Source of the DNA: Gemmatimonas sp.
GTDB taxonomy: Bacteria; Gemmatimonadota; Gemmatimonadetes; Gemmatimonadales; Gemmatimonadaceae
Length of the DNA stretch: 64,000 nucleotides
Reading direction: 5' to 3'
Assembly (NCBI GenBank): GCA_965279375.1
Contig: OZ257156.1
Span: 2,656,001-2,720,000 of the forward strand
The notes under the pieces were generated by a model. That model had not been told where the DNA came from, made no database searches, and saw nothing but the letters and a program-made list of their open reading frames with translations. Of the stretch, positions 9,975 through 21,690 are shown one piece after another (within the stretch, counting starts at the first letter, position 1; every line of letters begins with the position of its first letter). Both the position numbers and the translations under genes were made by a program.

Positions 9975-11101
9975 GCACGCTTCCAGCGCGAGATGCGGCG
10001 CTGTCGCTCGAGGATGCGTCGATCCGTTTCGGTGCGCGGATTGGGCTGCATGCACTTTCGTTGTCGATCGCAGCGGGCGAGCGCGTCGCGTTGGTTGGCC
10101 CGTCCGGCGTCGGCAAGACGTCACTGCTGCGGGCGATCGCTGGGCTCGAGCAGAGCGCCGCAGGGCGCATCCGGGTAGCAGGGATTGACGTCAGTGATCT
10201 GGCGCCCGACCGTCGCGGCGTGGTGTATCTGCATCAGTCGCCTACGTTGTTTCCGCACCTGTCCGTGGTGGACAATGTGGGGTTCCCATTCGAGGTGCGC
10301 GGGAAGTCGCGTGCCGACGCGAGGGCGATTGCGCTCCCGCTGCTTGCGCGCGTGCAGATGGAGTCGTTCGCATCGCGCGCGCCGTCAACGTTGAGTGGCG
10401 GACAACGACATCGAGTGGCGCTGGCTCGTGCGCTGGCCGCAGAACCTGCCGTCTTGCTCCTCGACGAGCCGTTCGCGGCACTCGACCCTGCGCTGCGCGA
10501 CGAAGTTCGTTCGTCGGTGCTCGCATCTCTCGACGCCGTGCGTTCCGGCGCGGAAGACACGCGCGCGCCTGCAGTTCTGTTGGTGACGCATGACATCGAT
10601 GAAGCGGCGACGGTGGCCGATCGCATCGTCGTGTTGCTGGATGGTCGGATCGCGCAGGACGACGCACCCGGTGTGTTGTTGTCTGCGCCGAATTCGATCG
10701 CTGTCGCGCGGTTTCTTGGCCTGCCGAACATCGTGCGCGGGTCGTGTTCGCGGGGCGTGTTCACGAGCACCGTAGGTACTTACAGGTGCGAGCTCGGCGA
10801 TGGTCCCGCGCGGCTGGTGTCGCGTGCCGATGGATTCGTCGCGCGCGCGCGCGGCGCGACGCAGACGACTGACGTTTCGCCAGAGACGACAGGATCTGGC
10901 GTCAGCATCGGAAGCGTGGCTGGCGTTGTCGAGGCGGTGGAGGAGCGCCTGGCGGGTGTCGTCGTGCGCGTCCGCGTCGCGGACACGCACGTGCTCGCTC
11001 GACCGCTTTCGACGTCAGCTGTTTCTATTGGGGATTGGGTTGATCTGACGCTGGACGTGTCGCGCGTACATCTGATTCGCGAGACCGACGCCGATGTTTG
11101 A
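9971..11101 (+). CDS. ABC transporter ATP-binding protein
   Basis: Walker A GPSGVGKT, signature LSGGQ, Walker B LLLDEP, H-loop VTHD. Confidence 0.93.
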   Translation: MSTLPARDAALSLEDASIRFGARIGLHALSLSIAAGERVALVGPSGVGKTSLLRAIAGLEQSAAGRIRVAGIDVSDLAPDRRGVVYLHQSPTLFPHLSVVDNVGFPFEVRGKSRADARAIALPLLARVQMESFASRAPSTLSGGQRHRVALARALAAEPAVLLLDEPFAALDPALRDEVRSSVLASLDAVRSGAEDTRAPAVLLVTHDIDEAATVADRIVVLLDGRIAQDDAPGVLLSAPNSIAVARFLGLPNIVRGSCSRGVFTSTVGTYRCELGDGPARLVSRADGFVARARGATQTTDVSPETTGSGVSIGSVAGVVEAVEERLAGVVVRVRVADTHVLARPLSTSAVSIGDWVDLTLDVSRVHLIRETDADV

Positions 11102-11699
11102 TCACCTGCTTCGGGCACTCAAGGATCGATGGTTTGCACCACTGGCGCGCGCGCTGGGTCCCGCGCTGTCGCCCGCGATGATCTCGGTGCTGGCGCTCGC
11201 CTTCGGCCTGCTCGCGGCGCTGGCGGCGTATCGCGGACAGAACGGAGCCGCGTTGGGCGCATGGATTGCCAACCGGTTGTTCGACGGACTCGACGGGACG
11301 TACGCGCGGGTGCACGCGCGTCAGACCGACTTTGGCGGCTATCTGGACATCCTGCTCGACTTCGTCGTGTACGCGACAATTCCCGTTGCGCTGGTCGCAC
11401 GCGATCCGGCAGGGTTGTCGCTGGCGGGCGTATTTCTCGAGGCGACGTTTTTCGTGAATGCGGCCTCGTGGATGTATCTGTCGGCGATTCTCGAGGGGCG
11501 AAGCCGTGGGGCGGCGTCGCGCGGCGAGCTGACGTCGGTGACGATGCCGGCCGGGATCGTGGCGGGCACGGAGACGGTGCTGTTCTACGCGCTGTTCCTG
11601 ATCGTGCCTGCGTGGCGCGCGCCGCTGTTCTGGCTGATGGGCGGGCTGGTGTGCGTGAACGTGGTGCAGCGGTTGTGGTGGGCGCGGCGCGAGTTGTAG
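11094..11699 (+). CDS. CDP-alcohol phosphatidyltransferase family protein (YnjF-like)
   Basis: Signature DGLDGTYARVHARQTDFGGYLDILLD. Confidence 0.9.
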   Translation: MFDHLLRALKDRWFAPLARALGPALSPAMISVLALAFGLLAALAAYRGQNGAALGAWIANRLFDGLDGTYARVHARQTDFGGYLDILLDFVVYATIPVALVARDPAGLSLAGVFLEATFFVNAASWMYLSAILEGRSRGAASRGELTSVTMPAGIVAGTETVLFYALFLIVPAWRAPLFWLMGGLVCVNVVQRLWWARREL

Positions 11700-11760
11700 C
11701 GATCATCGCTGGCCGGCGGCGGCATAGGCGCCGTTGGGCGATGGCCTGGTTCCGCCCCGA

Positions 11761-11812
11761 AACGAATCAAGCCCCGCCGCGACGTAAGTCGTGACAGGGC
11801 TTGGCTTTCGTT
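11761..11812. terminator. Imperfect hairpin between convergent transcripts
   Basis: AACGAA-TCAAGCCC...GGGCTTGG-CT-TTCGTT. Confidence 0.4.
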
Positions 11813-11815
11813 CAA

Positions 11816-11889
11816 TCGGGGCGACAGGATTTGAACCTGCGACCTCCTGCTCCCGAAGCAGGCGCTCTACCGGGCTAAGCTACGCCCCG
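11816..11889 (-). tRNA. tRNA-Pro(CGG)
   Basis: CGGGGCGTAGCTTAGCCCGGTAGAGC...TT-CGG-GA...GGTTCAAATCC...CGCCCCGA. Confidence 0.95.
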
Positions 11890-11920
11890 TTGAAATCGGA
11901 TACTCAGAACCAAACTGCAG

Positions 11921-11994
11921 TGCGCCCAGGAGGACTCGAACCTCCAACCTTCTGATCCGTAGTCAGATGCTCTATCCAATTGAGCTATGGGCGC
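11921..11994 (-). tRNA. tRNA-Arg(ACG)
   Basis: GCGCCCATAGCTCAATTGGATAGAGC...CT-ACG-GA...GGTTCGAGTCC. Confidence 0.95.
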
Positions 11995-12099
11995 AGACCG
12001 GAACCGCGCTCACCGACCACCATCACCGGTGAGTCCCACATCGTAGTCGGTCGCAGCCTCGCTCACAACCGCCTTCGACCTTCCAACCAGCAAACGACA

Positions 12100-12173
12100 T
12101 GGGTCGTACAAGACTCGAACTTGTGACCTCCACGATGTCAACGTGGCGCTCTAACCAACTGAGCTAACGACCC
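12100..12173 (-). tRNA. tRNA-Val(GAC)
   Basis: GGGTCGTTAGCTCAGTTGGTTAGAGC...TT-GAC-AT...AGTTCGAGTCT. Confidence 0.95.
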
Positions 12174-12223
12174 AAGATGCAGTGACAACTAGCGCCACTA
12201 CAACGACATCATCTCAACAGCGA

Positions 12224-12296
12224 AGCGGGAAACGGGACTCGAACCCGCGACCCCAACCTTGGCAAGGTTGTGCTCTACCAACTGAGCTATTCCCGC
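12224..12296 (-). tRNA. tRNA-Gly(GCC)
   Basis: GCGGGAATAGCTCAGTTGGTAGAGC...TT-GCC-AA...GGTTCGAGTCCC. Confidence 0.95.
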
Positions 12297-12394
12297 AACT
12301 TCCTGCACGTGCACCAACACCCACACCTGCTAGGACGGAACGCACGATCAGTCGTCACGCTTAATTACTTACTGACCTGCGGGCCGCACCGGGA

Positions 12395-12467
<73 letters not shown>

Positions 12468-12790
12468 GGGGCGCGACACCCTCGCGGCTGTTGCTTCCGA
12501 AGAAGCACGGCAGCGAGGGTGTCAGGAACCGCGCAGTCTAGTCGGGTGTATGTCCGTCGTCAAGCAGAACTCGAACGATTCGCACTGGCGGAAATACCCT
12601 GCAGGCGTATCTTGCGAGGCTAGCCGGATGAAGCGTCTTAATTGTGTAGTAACGCTGAAGTGGTGCGACCCATGCAGAACGTTGCAGCGAGGGCGCCGCG
12701 GCCCTGACGAACCGACGTGACCGACGTCGGTTGCGATGATACAGCACTTTGATCGTGGACGTTCGCCCGTCCCGAGGAACATAGAAATCC

Positions 12791-13678
12791 ATGACTGACG
12801 TCAAGCGGAAGCGCCGTCGTGCGGCACCCGCAGGCATCGCGCCAACCGAGCCAGAGCGCGACATCCTCGACCAGTACCTCTACGAAGTCAGCACGTATCC
12901 GCTCCTCAAGGGCGCGGAAGAAATCGAGCTGGCCAAGAAGATCCGCGCCGGAGACCAGGACGCGTTGCAGGAACTCGTCAAGCGCAACCTCCGCTTTGTC
13001 ATCTCCGTCGCCAAGAAGTACCAGAACCGTGGTCTGCCGCTCATCGACCTCATCGGCGAAGGCAACGTCGGGCTGCTCACGGCGGCGCGAAAGTTCGATC
13101 CGGATCAGGGCGTCAAGTTCATCTCGTACGCCGTGTGGTGGATTCGGCAGGCGATCCTGTCGTCGCTGGCCCGTCAGGGCCGCACGGTCCGCGTGCCGCT
13201 CAATCGTACCGCCGATCTCTCGCGCATCATCAAGGCGTCGGAAATCCTCCGGCAGAAGCTGCGTCGCGAACCCTCGCCCGAAGAATTGGCGCAGGTGACC
13301 GGCCTCTCCGTGGACGTCGTACAGTCGCTTGCTGCGCTCAACACGGGCGATGTGCGTCTCGATGCACCGATGGACCCGGATGGCGATCGCTCGCTGATCG
13401 AACGCTTCGTGGCCGACGAGATGCCGGACACGGAAGAGGAAGCGATGAACCGCTTCCTCACGGACGAAATCGAGCAGGCGCTCTCCACGTTGCCGCCGCG
13501 CGACGCGAAGGTGCTGCGCTTGTACTTCGGCCTCGAAGGCGGTCGCGAGCACACGCTGGAAGAAATCGGCAGCATGCTCGGCGTCACGCGCGAACGCGTG
13601 CGCCAGCTGCGTGATCGTGCACTCAAGCGCCTCCGCGAAGGCGATGTCGGGCGCGCGCTGTCCAGCTTCGCTGCATAA
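12791..13678 (+). CDS. RNA polymerase sigma-70 factor, RpoD/RpoS-like, lacking region 1.1
   Basis: NLRFVISVAKKY, DLIGEGNVGL, KFISYAVWWIRQAI, TLEEIGSMLGVTRERVRQL. Confidence 0.93.
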   Translation: MTDVKRKRRRAAPAGIAPTEPERDILDQYLYEVSTYPLLKGAEEIELAKKIRAGDQDALQELVKRNLRFVISVAKKYQNRGLPLIDLIGEGNVGLLTAARKFDPDQGVKFISYAVWWIRQAILSSLARQGRTVRVPLNRTADLSRIIKASEILRQKLRREPSPEELAQVTGLSVDVVQSLAALNTGDVRLDAPMDPDGDRSLIERFVADEMPDTEEEAMNRFLTDEIEQALSTLPPRDAKVLRLYFGLEGGREHTLEEIGSMLGVTRERVRQLRDRALKRLREGDVGRALSSFAA

Positions 13679-13823
13679 GCCACGTTCCGGCACGGTTGCC
13701 ACGTGTTCACACGGCGGGTCGCGATTTACGCGGCCCGCCGTTTGCGTTCTACGCAGCGGTTTCCGGCGACGAAATGCGGACTGACTTACGGGTCGCCGTT
13801 CCTGCAATCATATTCGTGATGTC

Positions 13824-14615
13824 ATGATCGAGCTCAAGGACGTCTACAAGGCCTTCGGGCCCAAGCAGGTGCTCCGTGGTTTTTCCCTCACGGTCAATGA
13901 GGGCGAAACGATGGTCATCATTGGCTATTCGGGCACCGGCAAGTCGGTGGCGATCAAGCACATCGTCGGGTTGCTCGAGCCCGACGCGGGCGAGGTGTGG
14001 GTGGATGGACAGCGCGTGGATCAACTCTCGCGCGAGGCGCTCTACAAGCTGCGTGGCAAGATTGGCTACGTGTTCCAGTTCGCTGCGCTCTTCGACTCGA
14101 TGACCATCGGCGAGAACGTCGCGATGGGTCTGCGCAAACAGGGCGAGCTCACCGAAGCCGAGATCACCGCGCGCGTCAACGAGGCGCTCGATCTGGTCGA
14201 TCTCCCCGACGTGCAACACCGCATGCCGGCAGAGCTGTCCGGCGGGATGCGCAAGCGCGTCGGTATCGCGCGCGCGATCGCACTGCGCCCCAAATACATC
14301 CTGTACGACGAACCGACAACGGGGCTCGATCCCGTGACTTCTGCGACCATCGACGCGCTGATGGTGCGCATGCGCGAGCAGTTGGGTGTGACGGGCATTG
14401 TCATCACACACGACATGCGCAGTGCGTACACGGTTGGAACGAAGATCGCGATGTTGTATGAGGGAACGGTTCGCCAGGTGGGCACCGTGGAGGAGATTCA
14501 GCACAGCACCGATCCGCTCGTGCGACAGTTCATCGAGGGGCGCGCGACGCTCGAAGGGCACTCACCGTTGATCGGTGTAGCCTCGAGCGCTGAATCGGCC
14601 GCTGCGGAAGCCTGA
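13824..14615 (+). CDS. mlaF: ABC transporter ATP-binding protein, MlaF/Mkl-like
   Basis: GYSGTGKS, VFQFAALFDSMT, ELSGGMRKRVGIARAI, LYDEPTTGLDP. Confidence 0.82.
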   Translation: MIELKDVYKAFGPKQVLRGFSLTVNEGETMVIIGYSGTGKSVAIKHIVGLLEPDAGEVWVDGQRVDQLSREALYKLRGKIGYVFQFAALFDSMTIGENVAMGLRKQGELTEAEITARVNEALDLVDLPDVQHRMPAELSGGMRKRVGIARAIALRPKYILYDEPTTGLDPVTSATIDALMVRMREQLGVTGIVITHDMRSAYTVGTKIAMLYEGTVRQVGTVEEIQHSTDPLVRQFIEGRATLEGHSPLIGVASSAESAAAEA

Positions 14616-14667
14616 CACGCATGTTCGCTCGCATCCTCTGTCGCTTGCAACGTCGCGAGGCGGTCGC

Positions 14668-15177
14668 ATGAATGACCGTCGCGATCAGCGCAAGCGCAGC
14701 GGGCGAGCGAAGCTCGAGACGTCCGCCGGGGGCGTGGTGTATCGCGTGCACGAGGGCGAGCCGCTGTTTCTGCTCATTCGCGACAGCTACCGTAACTGGG
14801 GATTCCCCAAGGGACATCTCGAGGAAGATGAGATGCCCGATGCGGCTGCGCTGCGCGAAGTCCGCGAGGAGACCGGTCTCGAAGCACTCGATCTCGATGG
14901 GGCAATCGAGACGATCGACTGGTTCTTCCGCTTTCGCGGGAAACTGGTGCACAAGGTCTGTCATTTCTACCTGATGCACACCGATAGCGCGCGTACGATT
15001 CCGCAACGCGAGGAAGGCATCACCGCCTGTCGCTGGGCGCCGTACGATGAAGCCGTGCGACTGGTCTCCTATGCGAACGCGCGCGACGTGCTCGCGCGTG
15101 CGCACGCGATGGTGCAGGCGCCGACCGATCCCGCGCCAGAGGCATCCAGCCGTCCCGCGGACTCTCCGGAAGGCTGA
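14668..15177 (+). CDS. NUDIX hydrolase
   Basis: Nudix box GHLEEDEMPDAAALREVREETGL. Confidence 0.9.
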   Translation: MNDRRDQRKRSGRAKLETSAGGVVYRVHEGEPLFLLIRDSYRNWGFPKGHLEEDEMPDAAALREVREETGLEALDLDGAIETIDWFFRFRGKLVHKVCHFYLMHTDSARTIPQREEGITACRWAPYDEAVRLVSYANARDVLARAHAMVQAPTDPAPEASSRPADSPEG

Positions 15178-15178
15178 G

Positions 15179-16000
15179 ATGGCCACGGCTGCGCGCGTCG
15201 GAAGTTCGGACGGCTCCTCGCCGCCCATTCTGGTTTTGGCGCTGCTTAAGCGCGAGCGTGCGCGCGCGTTGGTGCGCGCGGCCTTTCCGCGCCGACGTGC
15301 GCATGTCGTGATGGTGAAGTCGGTCGCAGAGGTCGAAGCTCGCCTGACCACGCAGTTGGTGGATGCCGTCATCGTCGACGGCGGCGCCGGCGATGAAGCG
15401 ATTCGCGTCATTGCACGCGCCGAGGATTTTCAGAGCGTGCCGTTCGTCGTGGTGACGGCGATGCTGCCGGCTGATGCGCCGATGGTCGCGCGCGCGGCGG
15501 AGTCTGGCGTCGCGGAGTTGCTGGTCGAGGGCGTGGATGATGTGGCGGCACGTGAACTGGTGTTGCGTCTCGCCTTCTCGACGCGTTTCGAGCGTGCCCT
15601 CACGACGCCGCCGGAGGCGCTCCACCTCGACACACCGTTGCAGGTGGCCGTCTGGCACAGCGTCATCCGACGCGCCGGCCGCCCGATCCGAACCGACCAG
15701 CTGGCGAAAGAGCTCGGTGTGTCGCGCGAGCACCTGTCGCGCAGTTTTGCCACCGGGCGAGCTCCGACGCTCAAGCGCGTCATCGACCTGGTGCGTGTGC
15801 TGGCCGCCGCCGAGCTGGCGAAAAACGCCGGTTACGACGTGCGCGATGTGGCTGAGGTGCTTGGGTTTGCGTCGTCGAGCCACCTTTCCAGCACGACGCA
15901 GCGTCTGGTGGGGGCCAAGGCGAGCTCGCTCACGCGTCTCCGCGCCGTGGACCTGATCGAGCGCTTCCAGCAGCACTCTTCAGACAGTCTTGCCCCCTGA
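15179..16000 (+). CDS. AraC-family regulator with receiver-like N-terminus
   Basis: [36 protein letters not shown]. Confidence 0.85.
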   Translation: MATAARVGSSDGSSPPILVLALLKRERARALVRAAFPRRRAHVVMVKSVAEVEARLTTQLVDAVIVDGGAGDEAIRVIARAEDFQSVPFVVVTAMLPADAPMVARAAESGVAELLVEGVDDVAARELVLRLAFSTRFERALTTPPEALHLDTPLQVAVWHSVIRRAGRPIRTDQLAKELGVSREHLSRSFATGRAPTLKRVIDLVRVLAAAELAKNAGYDVRDVAEVLGFASSSHLSSTTQRLVGAKASSLTRLRAVDLIERFQQHSSDSLAP

Positions 16001-16018
16001 CAAGCCTTGTGATAATTT
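15990..16018 (+). promoter_or_regulatory. Putative sigma-70 promoter of atpAGDC
   Basis: TTGCCC-17 bp-TAATTT with an extended -10 TG, about 50 bp upstream of atpA. Confidence 0.5.
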
Positions 16019-16067
16019 TCACAAGCTAGTCCCGAATCGATTCCTCCGCATTCCACGCCCGCGCATC

Positions 16068-17639
16068 ATGACCACCCAGACCGCCCTTCGCCCCGGCGAA
16101 ATCAAGGACATTCTCCTTCGCGAGATCGAAGCTGCTGATCTCGCTGACCTGAACGTCGAGGAAGTTGGATCGGTCCTGGAGGTTAAGGACGGTATCGCTC
16201 GCATCTACGGCCTCGGAAAGTGCATGGCCGGCGAGATGCTCGAGCTGACGAGCTCCGAGACCAAGGCCGTGATCACCGGCATGGCGCTCAACCTCGAAGA
16301 AGACAACATCGGCGCCGTTATCCTCGGCGACTATTTGCAGCTCAAGGAAGGCGACGAAGTGCGCCGCACCGGTCGCGTGCTTGAAGTGCCCGTCGGACAT
16401 GCGCTCGTTGGGCGCGTCGTCGACGCACTCGGCCGCCCGATCGACGGACTGGGCGACATCGTCACCAGCACCTATCGCAAGGTCGAGTCGGAAGCGCCTG
16501 GCATCATCGTGCGTCAGCCGGTTAAGGAACCACTGCAGACCGGCATCAAGTCGATCGACGCGATGATTCCGATCGGCCGCGGCCAGCGCGAGCTCATCAT
16601 CGGCGACCGCGGTACGGGCAAGACGGCCGTCGCGATCGACACGATCATCAACCAGAAGGGACAGGGCGTCATCTGCGTCTACGTGGCCATCGGCCAGAAG
16701 GCGTCGACGATTGCGTCCGTGGTGGAGAAGCTGAAGCAGGCCGGCGCGATGGAATACACGATCGTCGTCGCGGCCTCCGCCTCCGACCCGGCGCCCATGC
16801 TCTTCATCGCGCCGTACTCCGGCGCGTCGATGGCCGAGTACTTCATGTACAACGAAGGCAAGCCGACGTTGTGCGTGTACGACGACTTGTCCAAGCAGGC
16901 CGCTGCGTATCGTCAGATCTCGCTCGTCCTGCGTCGTCCGCCTGGCCGCGAAGCGTATCCGGGTGACGTGTTCTATCTCCACAGCCGTTTGCTCGAGCGT
17001 GCGGCCAAGCTGCGCGAAGACGATGCGGTGTGCGATGGCAAGAACATCCTGAAGCCGGGTGGCTCGATGACCGCACTGCCGATCATCGAAACGCAGGCCG
17101 GTGACGTGTCGGCGTACATCCCGACCAACGTTATCTCCATCACGGACGGTCAGATCTTCCTCGAGACGGACCTCTTCAACGCCGGTGTGCGTCCGGCCGT
17201 GAACGTCGGTATCTCGGTGTCGCGCGTCGGTGGTTCCGCGCAGACGAAGGCCATGAAGGGCGTTGCTGGTCGTCTGCGTCTCGACCTCGCGCAGTTCCGC
17301 GAACTCGAAGCGTTCGCCGCGTTTGCTTCGGACCTCGACGCCGCCACGAAGCGTCAGCTCGATCGCGGTGCGCGCACCGTCGAAATCCTGAAGCAGGGGC
17401 AGTATGCGCCGCTCGGATTCGAAGAGCAGGTGATGGTGATTTACGCGGTGTCCAACGGTCTGCTCGATACGCTGCCGACGACGTCGATCCGCGCGTGGGA
17501 AAAGGGCTTCCTGGAGTTTGTGAAGTCGCAGTTCCCTCAGGTGGGCGATGCGATTCGCACGAGCAAGGCGCTGTCCAAGGACACGGAAGCGGATCTGAAG
17601 CGCGCGATCGAGCAGTTCGGCAAGACGTTCGGCAACTAA
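16068..17639 (+). CDS. atpA: F1 ATP synthase alpha subunit
   Basis: [40 protein letters not shown]. Confidence 0.98.
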   Translation: MTTQTALRPGEIKDILLREIEAADLADLNVEEVGSVLEVKDGIARIYGLGKCMAGEMLELTSSETKAVITGMALNLEEDNIGAVILGDYLQLKEGDEVRRTGRVLEVPVGHALVGRVVDALGRPIDGLGDIVTSTYRKVESEAPGIIVRQPVKEPLQTGIKSIDAMIPIGRGQRELIIGDRGTGKTAVAIDTIINQKGQGVICVYVAIGQKASTIASVVEKLKQAGAMEYTIVVAASASDPAPMLFIAPYSGASMAEYFMYNEGKPTLCVYDDLSKQAAAYRQISLVLRRPPGREAYPGDVFYLHSRLLERAAKLREDDAVCDGKNILKPGGSMTALPIIETQAGDVSAYIPTNVISITDGQIFLETDLFNAGVRPAVNVGISVSRVGGSAQTKAMKGVAGRLRLDLAQFRELEAFAAFASDLDAATKRQLDRGARTVEILKQGQYAPLGFEEQVMVIYAVSNGLLDTLPTTSIRAWEKGFLEFVKSQFPQVGDAIRTSKALSKDTEADLKRAIEQFGKTFGN

Positions 17640-17652
17640 GCGGTCATCTCGG

Positions 17653-18513
17653 ATGGCAAAGGGCAGAGAGCTTAAGGGGCGCATCAAGTCCGTCGAGAAC
17701 ACGCGGAAGATCACGCGTACGATGGAAATGGTGGCCACCTCCAAGATGAAGCGAGCGACCGATCGCGTGGTCGCGGCGCGGCCGTACGCGGTCGCGCTTG
17801 GAGAAATGCTCGGGCATGTCTACACGCCCGAGCTGGCCGAGCAGTTTCCGCTGCTGCGTCGTCCGGCGCAGATGAAGAAGGTGGCGTTGCTGTTGCTCAC
17901 CGCCAATCGCGGTCTGTGCGGCGCATTCAACGCCAACCTGATCAAGGAAGCGCGTTCGCGCATGCAGGAGTGGGAAGCGCGTGGCATTGCGGTCGAGATG
18001 CACATCGTCGGCAAGAAGGGCATCGGCTTCTTCAAGTATCTGGGCAAGAACATCGTCACGCAGCGCATCGACATCACGGACAAGCCATCGGCTGCCGATG
18101 CGGCGTCGTTGGTGGATGACCTGATGGCGCGCTTCGCCGCCGGTCAGCTCGACGCGGTGTACGTGACGGGTGCGAAGTACAAGTCGGCGTTGTCGACGCC
18201 GCCGGGCACGGACGCCGTGTTACCGGTGACGCCGCCTACGGGCGCCGCGCAGGGCACGCGCGACTTTTTGCTCGCGCCGTCGTCGGATGCGATTCTCGAA
18301 GCGTTGCTGCCGGCGTATGTGCGCAATGCCGTGTATCGCGCGTTGGTGGAGACGGAGGCCGGGTTCCAGAGTGCGCAGCGTACCGCCATGAAGAATGCGA
18401 CCGACAACGCCACGGACATGTTGCAGGTGCTGAAGCGGACGTACAACACGGCCCGCCAGGCGCAGATCACGCAGGAAATCGCCGAGATCGTCGGCGGTGC
18501 GGCCGCTCTGTAG
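17653..18513 (+). CDS. atpG: F1 ATP synthase gamma subunit
   Basis: RIKSVENTRKITRTMEMVA, RGLCGAFN, RQAQITQEIAEIVGGA. Confidence 0.98.
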   Translation: MAKGRELKGRIKSVENTRKITRTMEMVATSKMKRATDRVVAARPYAVALGEMLGHVYTPELAEQFPLLRRPAQMKKVALLLLTANRGLCGAFNANLIKEARSRMQEWEARGIAVEMHIVGKKGIGFFKYLGKNIVTQRIDITDKPSAADAASLVDDLMARFAAGQLDAVYVTGAKYKSALSTPPGTDAVLPVTPPTGAAQGTRDFLLAPSSDAILEALLPAYVRNAVYRALVETEAGFQSAQRTAMKNATDNATDMLQVLKRTYNTARQAQITQEIAEIVGGAAAL

Positions 18514-19974
<1,461 letters not shown>

Positions 19975-19977
19975 TTC

Positions 19978-20238
19978 GTGGCTGACTCGCTGACGGTGTC
20001 GGTGATCTCTCCGGAGAAGGTGTTGTTTGAAGGCACGGCGCGGTCGGTGACTGCGCCAGCCTTCGACGGCGAGATGGGAATACTTCCGATGCACGCGCCT
20101 CTTATGACGTTGTTGGGCAAGGGCACGTTGCGTCTGGAAACCACGGAGGGTGAGCGTCGGTTCACCGTGCAGGGCGGTTTTCTGCAGGTCGTGGACAATC
20201 AGGTTCGCGTGGTGACGGAGAGCGCCGCCACGCCGTAG
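19978..20238 (+). CDS. atpC: F1 ATP synthase epsilon subunit (short, 86 aa)
   Basis: VSVISPEKVLF, GEMGILPMHAPL, VQGGFLQV. Confidence 0.93.
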   Translation: MADSLTVSVISPEKVLFEGTARSVTAPAFDGEMGILPMHAPLMTLLGKGTLRLETTEGERRFTVQGGFLQVVDNQVRVVTESAATP

Positions 20239-20473
20239 TGAATACCGCGGCCCTCGGGTCGCGAGCGCCCGGCGGGGTTCGTCGAACAGGACGGTGTTCG
20301 GCGAGCCACCGCTGCGGCCGGAAACGCAGCAACGCTTCCGCGAGTGCGCCGGAATCGCGCGTTTCCAACGTCTGAAAGCCGTCCGACGTAATGGTGTTGA
20401 GGCTGCTGGTTTGCCGCCCTCGCTCGGCTCCCCCCTTCCGCCGAGTTCTCATGCGTGCCATCCCGTCCGACTC

Positions 20474-21550
20474 ATGCCTATTCGCGTCGTACTGATCGGC
20501 GATCCACCGGCTGGACTCGGCCAACAGATCGCTGCCCTCCCCGCATCTCTCGAGTTCGAGATCGTGGGCGCATATGCCGACCGTGCGTCTTCGCTTCATG
20601 CGTTGCACACGCTCACGCCAGACGTGGCGCTCGTCGCCGCGCAGCTCGATGATGCATCGGGCTTTGAGTTCGTGTCTGAACTCGCGCCGAATGAACGACC
20701 GTCGGCGATCGTCTTCCTTTCGTGTCGTGAAGAGGACGCCGTGCGTGCGTTTGAAGTGCATGCGACCGACTTCGTCCTGATCCCTGTGCACGGGACACGC
20801 TTTGACGAGGCGATGCATCGCGCTCGGCATCAGGCGTTGCAGACGGCACTCCTGCGCACGGCTGAGGAGTTGCAGCGTCTGATCGGTGCGACAGCGACGT
20901 CGCGTGCTGGGCTCGGACTGGTGGGCGCATCGGCGTCGGGTGCGGGTGTGTTCGCGGGCGTGGGACAGGGCGTCAGCTCGGACGTGGAACGCGATGGCCT
21001 CGGGTGGCGCGCGGCGCACGTTGACGGAATCGACGCGTGGCGTCCACGTGATCGCGCGCCCGAGCTATCGGCGCACGCGGATGACGCACTGCGAGCGGTC
21101 TCTCGCTGGGGTGGTGTCGGTCAGGCATTCGCCGCACTCACGCAGGCAAGCAGTGCGCGCGCGGCAACCGTGAGTGAGGAGGTGCTGGATCTCGCGCAGA
21201 CATCCGAGCCGTCGGCGTTGCGTGTCGCTGAGGGACGTCCGAAGCGTGTGCTGGTGCGCGAGGGACGGCGCACTCGATTCATCGCGTTGAGCGAAGTGGA
21301 TTGGTTCGAAGCGGATGGCAACTACATCCTCGTGCACGTGGCCGATCAGCAGTATCGCACTCGTGGAACGATTTCAGCGATCGAGACGGGCCTCGATCCG
21401 CGGCAGTTTGTGCGGATCCATCGGCGCATGGTGGTGAACATGGATCGTGTGCGCGAGATGTCGCCGTTGCCTGGTGGTGATGGGCTGCTGGTGCTGGGCA
21501 GTGGTACGACGCTGCGCTTGTCGCGCACGTATCGCGCACGAGTGCGGTAA
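20474..21550 (+). CDS. LytTR-family regulator with degenerate receiver domain
   Basis: C-terminal LytTR domain (VDWFEADGNY, LDPRQFVRIHR, LSRTYR); N-terminal REC-like segment AVRAFEVHATDFVLIP. Confidence 0.88.
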   Translation: MPIRVVLIGDPPAGLGQQIAALPASLEFEIVGAYADRASSLHALHTLTPDVALVAAQLDDASGFEFVSELAPNERPSAIVFLSCREEDAVRAFEVHATDFVLIPVHGTRFDEAMHRARHQALQTALLRTAEELQRLIGATATSRAGLGLVGASASGAGVFAGVGQGVSSDVERDGLGWRAAHVDGIDAWRPRDRAPELSAHADDALRAVSRWGGVGQAFAALTQASSARAATVSEEVLDLAQTSEPSALRVAEGRPKRVLVREGRRTRFIALSEVDWFEADGNYILVHVADQQYRTRGTISAIETGLDPRQFVRIHRRMVVNMDRVREMSPLPGGDGLLVLGSGTTLRLSRTYRARVR

Positions 21551-21690
21551 CGAAGCGAGAGGCGCGCCGTGTCGCCCGTGCGTTAGCGCACAAGGAACTG
21601 GCACGCGGGGATGGAACCGAGCAGCGGATGCGACGTAGTATGCGCATCCGCTGCTTTTCGTTTGTGTCCCGGCAACCCTTTGGAGCCTTC

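Noticed and set aside
11783..11790. Recurring (C)GTAAGTC-like words (also near 13783 and 22528)
   Set aside because: Too short and too few to distinguish from chance without genome-wide statistics.
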